The notes beneath the pieces were generated by a model that saw only the letters and a list, made by a program, of their open reading frames with translations, was not told the DNA's origin and did no database searches. A stretch of DNA of 64,000 nucleotides from NCBI GenBank assembly GCA_000091205.1, contig AP006496.2. The stretch is one strand, 5' to 3'. Positions 55,033-64,000 of this stretch are shown in pieces. Both the position numbers and the translations under genes were made by a program. Source of the stretch: Cyanidioschyzon merolae (lineage: Eukaryota). Every line of letters begins with the position of its first letter. Positions within the stretch are counted from its first letter, which is position 1.

Positions 55033-56256
55033 TTACAAGGAGGCATCCTCTCGCGCGTGCTGTGAGGGCTTCGATTCACGCTGCTTCGCACTGGATTCCA
55101 GTGCATCTGCCCGAGAGATGCTCGACCGAAGAGGTCGCCTTGCCTTCCCCGGATGACGCCTGTGTCCCTTTTGGATGCGGCCCTGGATGCGCCCAGCAGC
55201 TCCTGCGGCAGAAAAACGCCGCTCTCGAGGCACCCGCTTTCGAGACTCCTCCGGATACGAACGACGACGTTGTTGCTTTCGGGGCTGCCTCACCGAACGA
55301 CTCCAGGCGCTCTGGGGGTTTGGGCGCTCCGGCCGCACGTCGACTACCGTCGCTCGGCGGATACGTAAAGGCAGCCAGGTATTATGCGATGACGGGAAGG
55401 GTCGTGCAGGTCGCCACCACAGCAGCGGATCAGCAGCAGGCATGAAAACCGAACCCGTCTCTGGCTTCAGGTTTGTTGCAGACGCCGGAGGAGCAGTCAA
55501 CGCGCCCTGTTTCGGGGAGTGCTCGTTGCTCGCTGACGCTGCGGCATCCTGCAGAGGTTGCTGCGGCTCTGTAGCGGCAAGCATGCTCGGTTGCTCCGCA
55601 TCGTCGTTCATCCGCGAAACAGGCGCCTCTACCTCCGCTGCGTCTTTCTTCAGCTCAGGATCATGCTGCGCAGTTTCTTCTCGGCGCTGATGCTCCGCCA
55701 TCGACGACTGCTGAATACCAAGCCAGCGCTCTTCCTCCGCACGCAGAACATCGGGTTCCATCGGAGGACCTATGCTGAGCCGAGCGAGCACCCAGTTCGC
55801 GGTATGCTCATCCGCAAAAACAGCGTTACACGAGGAGTCATTGATCCACTCTATCCAGCTCGGCTCGATGCACTCGTTCTCCACGAAATAACGTTTCAAG
55901 TCTCGCGTGGATAAACGATCCACTCCGTAGAGGTGCAACGCCTCAGGGCGCGGAGCCTCTCCCTCGGCAACGTGTCGAGGCTTCTCCAGCGTCTCAAACG
56001 GCACCAGTACGGCGCCCTCGGGGAGCAGAAACGGATCCACGTCCGTAAACCCATACGTTGTGGCGGGCTGGTCGAAGAGTTGCGCCCACAGAGGGCGTTC
56101 TCGCTGTTCTGCTTCACGCGAGAGGTCGAAACCGCTCACAAGAGCTCCAGTCTCCGCGAACAAGGGTGCAGGAGCCGCCCCGCTGCTTCCGGCCAGCGTC
56201 GAGACGAACGTTTTCGAATGCTCTCCGCCAAACGAATCCGCCGGAGCGGACGTCAT
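55033..56256 (-). CDS. NCBP3-like (nuclear cap-binding protein subunit 3 family) protein.
   Basis: 'ALHLYGVDRLSTRDLKRYFVENECIEPSWIEWINDSSCNAVFADEHTANWVLARL' matches the NCBP3 core motif (…LHvrGvD.mST.Dv..YF….IEWiDDsSCNvVF…). The remainder is low-complexity. The start is an ATG. Confidence 0.5.
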   Translation of the reverse strand: MTSAPADSFGGEHSKTFVSTLAGSSGAAPAPLFAETGALVSGFDLSREAEQRERPLWAQLFDQPATTYGFTDVDPFLLPEGAVLVPFETLEKPRHVAEGEAPRPEALHLYGVDRLSTRDLKRYFVENECIEPSWIEWINDSSCNAVFADEHTANWVLARLSIGPPMEPDVLRAEEERWLGIQQSSMAEHQRREETAQHDPELKKDAAEVEAPVSRMNDDAEQPSMLAATEPQQPLQDAAASASNEHSPKQGALTAPPASATNLKPETGSVFMPAADPLLWWRPARPFPSSHNTWLPLRIRRATVVDVRPERPNPQSAWSRSVRQPRKQQRRRSYPEESRKRVPRERRFSAAGAAGRIQGRIQKGHRRHPGKARRPLRSSISRADALESSAKQRESKPSQHAREDASL

Positions 56257-56831
56257 CCTCGTACGGTAGCTAGACGGAGCTCTTCCGTTCGACTATCGAG
56301 TAAAGAGCCGCTTTCTCGTTCTGAAACTGGTCGCCCACAGCGTCGAGCGTCGAGCGACAGCCTCAGCACTCGTTCGTGCCCTAAACTCGCGTTGAATAAA
56401 ACTGGAACACTGATGTGTACGCTCTGTTCTTGTCATTCGATAATTGTTTTAGATGTACAGTGTCGATATCCAAGTGCAGCTATCGGGACTGTCAAATTCA
56501 TGCGTACTTTTAGGATGCTCGGTTGTCTTTCCGGTGTGACGCCTTTGGCTCGTCGCAACTGGAACTCGCTGCACCACCGGAAAGATGATGATACGCGACA
56601 CCCTGGAACAGTGGCTCGCAGCATCATCGTTCGTTATCCAAGGCATGGGCAGAGGTCCCCAGTGTTCCCCATTTCCTTAGGTAGAGCATGCCCGAATCAG
56701 GTGTTCTTCAAGTTTTCGATGTTCCTGTTTCACGGCGGCTTGTGGGCGCAGCGATTCGCGCCGATGGATGAACCACGAGGACATACTCGACGTCGTTTCT
56801 CGATGACTCGTTCACAAGCTCGTGCCGGAAC

Positions 56832-57077
56832 TTCACTCAACACGTCACTTCAAACCATCGATGTCGATCGAAAGTCGCGTCGTCATTTGTCTACGATCAT
56901 CGAGGAAACTGCATCCGATAACAGCATGATACTGCCTACGTGACTTGATCCCGGTTCACTCAACACGTCACTTCAAACCATCGATGTCGATCGAAAGTCG
57001 CGTCGTCATTTGTCTACGATCATCGAGGAAACTGCATCCGATAACAGCATGATACTGCCTACGTGCCTTGATCCCGG
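56832..57077. repeat. Direct tandem duplication of a 123-bp unit, 2 copies with 1 mismatch, immediately 5' of Fanzor-like family 2 copy 3.
   Basis: The unit 'ttcactcaacacgtcacttcaaaccatcgatgtcgatcgaaagtcgcgtcgtcatttgtctacgatcatcgaggaaactgcatccgataacagcatgatactgcctacgtg.cttgatcccgg' is repeated. Confidence 0.85.
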
Positions 57078-57171
57078 AGGCTTCCATCATTCCTTTCTGG
57101 ATGGAAACGCTTTTTGGAGTCTGACTTGAGTCATCAAGTAGATCGCTTTAAGTAGAACGTGCCTCACTGAT

Positions 57172-57900
57172 ATGCATGAACGGAGCATAGATCGATCAAA
57201 AGTTCTCGACATGTTCTCGAGCATAGATTCTCCTTCCGGTGCTTGTTCCATCATGGACAGCATCGAGTTCCACAAATCGTCCATCGGATGGACCGGCATG
57301 CGCTTGCGTGTGCAACAGACAAAGAACTCTTCGAGGGCATCGACCAAAAGAAGCTCGTGATCGTGCGGTACGGCACCGGGTACGGAAACCGAGGACGGCA
57401 ACAACACGAGTCTCCCGTACCGGTCAACGGCATGGAGCAAGCGATGTCGTGCTGGTCACGCGTAACAGGGTCGACCTCGGGGACAGCGGTAGGCGTCGTG
57501 TACATCTGCGAACATCTGACTACATTCAGTTGTCACAGCTGCAAAGAGCGTACCGAGGCCGTGATGAAAAGTACGTAAACTGCAAGCGAAGCGTACCTGG
57601 CGACATACATCTGTGCATGAAATGCATGAGCAAAATTCGAGAGCAGCTGAGTTCGGACTTTTTCTGCTGTTATCAGCAGCGTTCGAATACTGACGACAGA
57701 GCTGGAGCAACAGCAGAGACCTGCATATGTAAAGCCGGACACACGCGAGAGATGAAGAGCGCGCAGTCACAGCGAACACCCGCACAACCCTGACACTGAC
57801 CACAGTATAAACAAACCAAAACCTGAGCTCTTCCGACCCAGATTGGTAAATAAACCCGTTCGATTCCTCTGACATGGGTGTACCTCGTCAAGCCCTCAGG
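57172..57900 (+). mobile_element. TnpB/Fanzor-like relic, family 2 copy 3, with a decayed RuvC-III.
   Basis: It contains 'SIDSPSGACS', then 'GIDQKKLVIVRYGTGYGNRG...VVYICEHLTTFSCHSCKERTE' (RuvC-II E and CxxC), a second finger 'HLCMKC', and the box 'RTFSAVISSVRIL' at ~57651-57680 where RDxNAAxNI would be (D replaced by T). The tail 'tctgacatgggtgta' is shared with copy 2. Confidence 0.55.
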
Positions 57901-59160
57901 TGGTATGACGTTATGGGACACGCGGTTAGCCGACGAGACCTCTACCCGTTGCGTCTTGTCTGCGGACAGAATTCTCCGAATAACCTACCCGCTAGAGACA
58001 GGTGCATGCGCTCGTCCGAGGCGACCTAGTGGAACATCGAGAAACGCTGGTGAAACTCGAGTCTCATATCCTCAGACGGACGACGATTCTCCTGGACACG
58101 CTTGCCTGCACCTACTGTTGCTCGACAGGGCCTCGCTAGGTGACTAGAAGCGCTCGCCTGCCGGGAGGTCGTCTCCGTGCCTAGCCTGCGTCCAAGGTAC
58201 GAAATACCTTTCGCACCCGGTCCGGTACGTGGAACCACCAGGAGAAGCACAGGTCGTAGAAAACGGAAATAGACGGTGAACTCGAGTCATAGTTTAGCTT
58301 CGGTGTCGCCTACGTGTTCACCAGTTGCGGTACAAAGAAGAATACCCAAACTCTTGTGAACGGCTCCAGCGGAACGTATCTTTCAGACCAGCCAACAACG
58401 CTGCAATCATAGCCATCATACTATGTCGCTGAAGCTCGCTCACCTACCTCATAGGAGAGCCTTCTCAACCGTGCACCTTGACGTCGTCTGAGTGCCAAGG
58501 TGCGTCCACGAGTCCTCATTTGAGCGTCTGCGTATCAACAACAACAAAAACGATCCCTCTGGGAGCTCCGTATCAACGAACGTTGGCTTGGGCGTTCAGC
58601 TCGCGGTGCGAAACTGTCTGAGCAGGCACTTTGGGTCTTGGCCTGGTCTCTTTCTTTTGGCTAACGTTAGAAAAACTGCTTGAACGAGGTATCCTGGTCT
58701 TCGACGGAGACCTGCACGACACTGGCGATTGGTCTGTCCGCTAGGTTGCGAACAGCGCTTTTCAAGCGCTGCGTCGACGATACCGCTTCGTTCCTCGTCC
58801 GTTGAAGCGCTGGAAAACGAAAGCCTTTGGTCGTTCTACTGCTAGCCAAGAGCGCTCTTGGAGCGTAACGTCAACGTCATCGCGTAGTACCCAGCTTGCC
58901 GGGGCGTTGTTGTTGCTGTTGTTGTTGAACAGGACCGCATCCCGGTCAGCGACAACGTCTGTGATTCGTTTCGTTTGCGAACGACACTGCTACTTTGATA
59001 CGAGCGTCCGTAAAGTGACGGCCGCTTCTCGGTACCAGCTGAGCGAGCACGCTCCGAGTCCAAATCCTGGATGCGCTGCATGCTCGGAGAGTGCTTCGCT
59101 CGAGCTTACTGGTAAGCGAGTCGGTGAGCAAGCGCCAACACACAACATTGTGCCTTGGCA

Positions 59161-62100
59161 ATGGGCGCTGCCGAAGCTCGTTCAGAAGAGCTTGAAGCAC
59201 TCCAAGCTATCTACGGGTCTGAGCTACGCATCCTAAGCGACGACGACGAACTCCACTTCGAGGTCGACGTCCATGTGGCGAGTGCAAACCAACCTGCCAA
59301 CGACGCTCTAGGCGTGCGACTACGCTTTCATCTACCGCAAGGCTATCCAAGTGGAGGCTGGCGAGCTCGAGCCCGTGTTGGTGTCTCCGCTGGTCCAGCA
59401 TCGACACAGAAATGGTCGTTATCGCCGAATGATCTGGAGGTACTGCGGAGAAAGATCCAGAGCCTCTGTGAGGAAGCCGCCAGAGCGCGAACATCTGTGG
59501 GCTACGAGGTGGTAGAGCTCGCGCGAACCTTTCTCCGCGAATACCTCGAGGCAAGCCATGATCTCGGCGAAGCAGGGACCATTGTTCGTCCACTCCACGA
59601 GGCCATGCTTGAGCGTGAACAGCGACAGTTTGAGGAACAAGAGCGTGCTGAACTGGAACGAACCGCCCAGCAGCGAGAGCGTCTCGAGAGGTTGCAGCAG
59701 CAGCGCGAGGAGGCCGAGCGGCTTCAGACGCTGGAGGCTCTCGCTGCCGAAGAGCGACTTGCGCGCAAACTCCAGTACCAGCGGATGGCGGAGTCATCGA
59801 CAGCAGTCGACGAAGACGGGCACTGCACAGCGGAAGGAGGCTCGGGCATTGCCACGAACGCACACCCCTGGGACGTTCCACCTTCGTGGACGATTCTGGA
59901 AGCGTTGCGGGAAACTCTGCAACAGCAGTCAGAGAGGCGTGTAGCGCGTGATTTGGATGATGTGTCGATATGGTCGGGGCACCAAGATGATCTCGATGCA
60001 GAACGTAGCGAGCATTCGGACGGTGATGCCACCGCACAGCCTGCTGCTGCGTATGAGAGGGTCTCGAGCGTAGCCGCCTGGGAAGCGGCATCGTACGGTG
60101 TCTCGCAGGGCATTCGCTCCTCTTGGTTATCGTTGGGGTCTCTGCGAACGTCATCATCATCGCCGTCGTCCAGTTTATCCCATAGTATGCGTAGTGCGTC
60201 TTCGGACGATAGCAGTATCGCCGTTGCCGAGTTCCCTCGTGCGCTCAGGAAAGGCAAGCACCCGAGTCAGTCCGCCAGCGTAAGCGGATCGCCGTCGACC
60301 TCGGAGAATACTGGCATCTTTGCCGACTGGTGTTGGACCCACTCGAAGCCACACAGGTCATCGGCATGCGGTACCTCCACAGACGCATCATCGGCGTCAA
60401 AGTCGGGCTGCAGTGCCTCTGCATCGACGAAGACTAGCCCTGCACAGCAGACGCTACCTGGAACCGCTGCTAAAAGCGGTTCTGAAAGAGCGCGACGCAG
60501 CCGCCGCCGCCGCAGCCGCCGCCACCACCACCACCACCACGACCGAGTTCCGTCGAGCACATATACCGTTCAACAAGAGCACCAACAACAGGTCTTGAAG
60601 TGGTTTCTCGAGAGCCTCTGCGCCCAGATGACACCAGATGAGGCTGCTGCGGCTTGTGCGCGATGGCATCGCAAACTCGGCATTGTACTGGAGCGCTCGG
60701 CAGCGGCGGCATCAGCGTCAGAAGACTGCGACGATGATCGTATCCAGGGCATTCCCAGTGCTCCACTAATGATCCAACTCAACGATGATCGCGACGTGGA
60801 TGGTAGCGTCACAAATCTGCTCTCGTTCGGGGAAGCCTTGACCCGCAAGGCACCTGATCGGCTAGAGGCGACGGTGAAACGGGTTCTGGGCAGCACTGCC
60901 TGGCATTATTGTCGCCAGTTTGTCCATGGAGAGCGGTTTCGCAAGACGTCACATGGACGTGCACAGCAGTCGTTGCAGTCAGGTCAGGAGAAAGAACGGA
61001 AAGCGCCCCTGTCGTTAACGTCGCACACACATGCACAGCACACGCTACAATTCGGCCATGGAGAAGAGCGGCGACATCGATCCCTGCTGCAGGGCAATGT
61101 GCCGCCTGCTGGCACTCGAAAACGTACTTCCCGCTTCGAAACAGACTTTGACATGTTGGAGCTGCTCGGTCGTGGTGGTTTTGGCGCTGTGGTCAAGGTC
61201 CGACAGCGACTTGACGGGCGCATCTACGCTGTCAAGATCGTGCCGCTGCACCGCAAGGACCTTGAAGATCCGCGGATCCTGCGAGAAACCACCACATTGA
61301 GCCGCTTAGCGCACCCACGTTGTGTACGCTACTATGGGTGCTGGGTGGAGCCTATCGATGTGCTGCGGTTCTCAGAGGCCCTTTCGAGTGCTCGCACTGG
61401 TGCCCAAGACTCGCAACGCGCCCTTGGTGCTGCGTCTGCAGCGAATACATCCGCTGCACAGTACCAAGCACAGCAGCAGCAGCAGCAGCCATCTTTATCC
61501 TTGGCATCGCTTGTGTTGCGGGAGCAGCTCTCGTATTCGATGCCTTCCAGCGATACAACTGGAGCAACGTCCGCTGGCCCCGAGTCATCGAGTGCCATCG
61601 TCGCTTTTCTCTTCATTCAGATGGAGTACTGTCCACGCACACTGCGCGCTTTTATCGATCAAGACTTGGACGCTGGTACCGATCTGTGGCAAGTCTTTCG
61701 ACAGATTGTCGAAGGTGTTGAGTACCTGCATTCGCTGATGCTCATCCATCGGGACTTGAAGCCAACCAATATTTTCGTTGGCGGGCCTCGTGTCTCGTCG
61801 TCTCCTTCTCAAGGTACGCTTGGTGATCGTTTGTCGCACACCTGGACGGAGACCGAGTCCATTTCGATCAAAATAGGAGACTTTGGGCTGGCGACCACGC
61901 TGAGTGTGGCGTCTCTCCGACGTGCCCCGGGCGCTGCCGAAGCGACGAATGCACGCGGAACTGCTGATGCTGCTAGTGCTGATGGTGCTGGTGAAACAAG
62001 TGCTGCCCTGGAGCTGACGCGCTCAGTTGGAACCGCCTTCTATCGAGCACCCGAATTATCCATGAGGCCAGCGAGCAACGAGCAGGATACCGAGCAGCCG

Positions 62101-64000
62101 ATATCGTCATCGCCCACCTACGACACCAAAGTCGATATCTACGCGCTCGGCGTCATCTTGTTCGAACTCTTCTACGGTCCCATGCAGCGTACTGCTGCCA
62201 CAGCCGCTCCTGGATGCAAGACCAGTGGAGATGGCTCCAGCTCCGTAACCGAACACGAACGTTTTGTGATACTGACGAATTTGCGCGAAAGGCTGCAAGT
62301 ACCTGCAGCGTTCGCGGAAAAGCTCCCGCGTCAAACCCGCTTGATCCGCCTCCTGATGGCAAAGAACCCCGACGAACGCCCCAGTGCAAAGCAGTTGTTG
62401 AAGATGCTTCCGGTGAAAGTCGAACACGAGTACTGGTCCGAGCTGCTACAGGCAGTTGCAGATCCAGTGTCCACTGTGGACCGGCGACTCCGAACACGCG
62501 TCATTGGGGCGCTTTTCGAGGGCGCCTTGCGTGGAGCGGCACCACTTGTGCGGAAGCGCGACATCCACCAGGCGCCGGGTGAATCCTCACATGCGTCGTC
62601 TGGTGCAGCGCATGGTATCGTCCACAGCTGCCTCGAGGCATCACCTGTAGCCTGGAACTGCCTCCACCAGGCTGTTGCCGTACTGCAGCGTCATCAGAGT
62701 GTTGCGTTCGTGCTCCAGCACCATGTGGACGCTTCTGTACTGGATTCGCGCATCGCAAACGGACTGCGTCGAGTGAACACCACGGAAGCGCACCGGACTC
62801 GCCACCAGCTGGGTAGCAACGGTACCGGTGGCGTCGAGAGTGCACAACGCCTTGTCAGAGCGGGTACCGAAGGTGTGGCGGGGTATTCGCAGGCCGCAGC
62901 AGCAGGTCGTCGAGCCGCCACGCCGGTGTTATTGCCCACTGGCGAATACGTTTGGTTGCCTGCGGAACGATTTCATGACTTTCTGGAGCAGTGGATGTCA
63001 TCCAGTGCAGCTGTGGAAGCGTTGACGCGAGCCAGCATTGCACCTCCCTTGCGCTTCCATCGAGTCGCCACGGTCTGGGGCTGGCGTTCACTGGATGCCC
63101 CCAGGAGCTTTGACGACCCGCTGGCGGGTTGTGCATACCTTGAGGCGCTTTTCGAGGCGCCTGGGCTCAGCAAAAGCGCTCCTGCAAACATCCGCAGCGG
63201 TGAGCGTCTCGTCCAGCGCCGTTCGGGTGCAATGTCTGCAGCGGCAAGCGTTCATGTGTCGTCGTCGTCGTCGTCGTCGTCGTTGGCATGCCGAGTGCGC
63301 TCGAACGAGAGCTCGATGCAGGCTTCGCGCTCCTCTTCGATGGGTACCGTCGCTAGCGACGAGCAGCTGCATGGCGCTGCGAGCGCTCTATGGTGGCACT
63401 CTACCTCAGCCGAGCGGCACGAGCTTTTCGCGACGACCCTGCTTGAGTTCGATGAGCTGCAGTTGAAGTTACGGCGGCGGCGGTGGCGGCGACGACGACG
63501 ACAACGACAACGACGAGGTCAAGAGACAACCAGCGCACTGCTCCTCGTCGATGCTGAGCTTCTCTTCATGGCGACGAGTTTGCTCTGGCCCTATTGTCCG
63601 TCTACAGGTCCAATGAAACTGGTTTCGACAGCGGAACAGCGAACGAGTGGTACGAGCACGTCGACTGGACGTCGCGGGAGCAAAGCGCGTCAGCGGCAGA
63701 ACCGCCGCGGCACACATTCAGCTTCCACTGGTGCTGCTTCTGCTTCTGCTTCTGCTGCTTCTGGTAGTGCGTCCGTGTCGACAACGAGTGTTGAAAAGGT
63801 GCTCATCCGCATCGGACATACGGGTCTGACGCGGGCACTCACCCGAGCGCTGCTCACAGGAAGTTCCAGCAGCAGCAGCAGCAGCAGCAGCTGCAGCAAT
63901 AGCAATGTGTATCGTGCGCTGGAGTATGAGGACGTCGGCGACCAGGCTGGAGCGCTTGCGCAGTTACGTGCCGCACTGCACCAGCACTTGCGACTGGGGT
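59161..64000 (+). CDS. GCN2: GCN2-like eIF2-alpha kinase, 5'-partial. The ORF is open to the window edge; more than 1613 codons are present.
   Basis: An N-terminal RWD domain 'EELEALQAIYGSELRILSDDDELHFEV' is followed by a charged linker. The kinase domain has 'LLGRGGFGAVVKVRQRLDGRIYAVKIV', 'HPRCVRYYGCWVE', 'LIHRDLKPTNIFVG', 'IKIGDFGLAT' and 'DIYALGVILFELFY', with a poly-Q/low-complexity kinase insert at 61390-61620. A HisRS-like region follows. Frame 1 has a stop at 59113 and no stop through 64000. The two antisense ORFs 59207..60160 and 59724..60257 (minus) are spurious. Confidence 0.85.
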   Translation, partial: MGAAEARSEELEALQAIYGSELRILSDDDELHFEVDVHVASANQPANDALGVRLRFHLPQGYPSGGWRARARVGVSAGPASTQKWSLSPNDLEVLRRKIQSLCEEAARARTSVGYEVVELARTFLREYLEASHDLGEAGTIVRPLHEAMLEREQRQFEEQERAELERTAQQRERLERLQQQREEAERLQTLEALAAEERLARKLQYQRMAESSTAVDEDGHCTAEGGSGIATNAHPWDVPPSWTILEALRETLQQQSERRVARDLDDVSIWSGHQDDLDAERSEHSDGDATAQPAAAYERVSSVAAWEAASYGVSQGIRSSWLSLGSLRTSSSSPSSSLSHSMRSASSDDSSIAVAEFPRALRKGKHPSQSASVSGSPSTSENTGIFADWCWTHSKPHRSSACGTSTDASSASKSGCSASASTKTSPAQQTLPGTAAKSGSERARRSRRRRSRRHHHHHHDRVPSSTYTVQQEHQQQVLKWFLESLCAQMTPDEAAAACARWHRKLGIVLERSAAAASASEDCDDDRIQGIPSAPLMIQLNDDRDVDGSVTNLLSFGEALTRKAPDRLEATVKRVLGSTAWHYCRQFVHGERFRKTSHGRAQQSLQSGQEKERKAPLSLTSHTHAQHTLQFGHGEERRHRSLLQGNVPPAGTRKRTSRFETDFDMLELLGRGGFGAVVKVRQRLDGRIYAVKIVPLHRKDLEDPRILRETTTLSRLAHPRCVRYYGCWVEPIDVLRFSEALSSARTGAQDSQRALGAASAANTSAAQYQAQQQQQQPSLSLASLVLREQLSYSMPSSDTTGATSAGPESSSAIVAFLFIQMEYCPRTLRAFIDQDLDAGTDLWQVFRQIVEGVEYLHSLMLIHRDLKPTNIFVGGPRVSSSPSQGTLGDRLSHTWTETESISIKIGDFGLATTLSVASLRRAPGAAEATNARGTADAASADGAGETSAALELTRSVGTAFYRAPELSMRPASNEQDTEQPISSSPTYDTKVDIYALGVILFELFYGPMQRTAATAAPGCKTSGDGSSSVTEHERFVILTNLRERLQVPAAFAEKLPRQTRLIRLLMAKNPDERPSAKQLLKMLPVKVEHEYWSELLQAVADPVSTVDRRLRTRVIGALFEGALRGAAPLVRKRDIHQAPGESSHASSGAAHGIVHSCLEASPVAWNCLHQAVAVLQRHQSVAFVLQHHVDASVLDSRIANGLRRVNTTEAHRTRHQLGSNGTGGVESAQRLVRAGTEGVAGYSQAAAAGRRAATPVLLPTGEYVWLPAERFHDFLEQWMSSSAAVEALTRASIAPPLRFHRVATVWGWRSLDAPRSFDDPLAGCAYLEALFEAPGLSKSAPANIRSGERLVQRRSGAMSAAASVHVSSSSSSSSLACRVRSNESSMQASRSSSMGTVASDEQLHGAASALWWHSTSAERHELFATTLLEFDELQLKLRRRRWRRRRRQRQRRGQETTSALLLVDAELLFMATSLLWPYCPSTGPMKLVSTAEQRTSGTSTSTGRRGSKARQRQNRRGTHSASTGAASASASAASGSASVSTTSVEKVLIRIGHTGLTRALTRALLTGSSSSSSSSSSCSNSNVYRALEYEDVGDQAGALAQLRAALHQHLRLG
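61470..61489. repeat. (CAG)n microsatellite (poly-Q in the GCN2 kinase insert). Similar coding trinucleotide repeats occur at 60499-60540, 63259-63283, 63471-63517, 63731-63765 and 63866-63890.
   Basis: cagcagcagcagcagcag. Confidence 0.9.

Noticed and set aside
57840-57870. A tRNA-like T-arm 'cccgttcgattcctct'.
   Set aside because: There is no upstream GG, no acceptor or anticodon stems, and the flanks are not cloverleaf-compatible. It lies in the conserved tail of Fanzor-like copy 3.
59207-60257. The minus-strand ORFs 59207..60160 (317 aa) and 59724..60257 (177 aa).
   Set aside because: They are fully antisense to the well-supported GCN2 reading frame (RWD-kinase) and have no recognisable domains.
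1-64000. A prokaryotic or IS605 interpretation of the TnpB-like sequences.
   Set aside because: The surrounding genes are unambiguously eukaryotic (cullin, DCN1, VPS28, GCN2, NIP7). No TnpA/Y1 transposase ORF is adjacent. The elements are therefore better described as Fanzor-type eukaryotic TnpB homologs.

Overview
This 64-kb window looks like GC-rich nuclear DNA from an intron-poor eukaryote. Calling it a stramenopile (oomycete or labyrinthulomycete) is only an inference. The support is long uninterrupted eukaryote-specific genes (GCN2, cullin, DCN1, VPS28, NIP7, NCBP3), gene orientations that alternate along the window, and abundant trinucleotide microsatellites. A caveat on the ORF track: its 'M' starts are often TTG/GTG/CTG codons, so several true ATG starts lie downstream of the listed start and are given below.

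Housekeeping genes I can support:
- two HAD-superfamily phosphatase-like proteins
- a mitochondrial ATM1/ABCB7-type ABC half-transporter
- a large UPF1-like SF1 helicase
- NIP7
- a PRDX5-type peroxiredoxin with a presequence
- a PNPOx-like/DUF2470 FMN-binding protein
- a PDI-like thioredoxin protein
- mitochondrial ribosomal protein uL23m
- a CUL4-like cullin
- a MATE transporter
- a DCN1-like cullin neddylation factor
- an LCM-family methyltransferase
- VPS28
- an NCBP3-like protein
- the 5' 4.8 kb of an intronless GCN2-like eIF2-alpha kinase that runs off the 3' edge

The most interesting content is at least seven decayed copies of TnpB/Fanzor-like (OMEGA-type RuvC nuclease) elements, falling into two sequence families. 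Recognisable motifs are a GxDPG RuvC-I, a RuvC-II glutamate followed by a CxxC...CxxC zinc ribbon, and the hallmark RuvC-III 'RD(F/L/V)NAA(I/V)(N/H)I' box. Copies within a family also share conserved non-coding 3' tails, which could be omega-RNA. Two copies directly flank the helicase gene. Short Tc1/mariner-type transposase HTH fragments and several tandem repeats (60, 19, 98 and 123 bp units) are also present. I found no rRNA, tRNA or CRISPR array that I can support.
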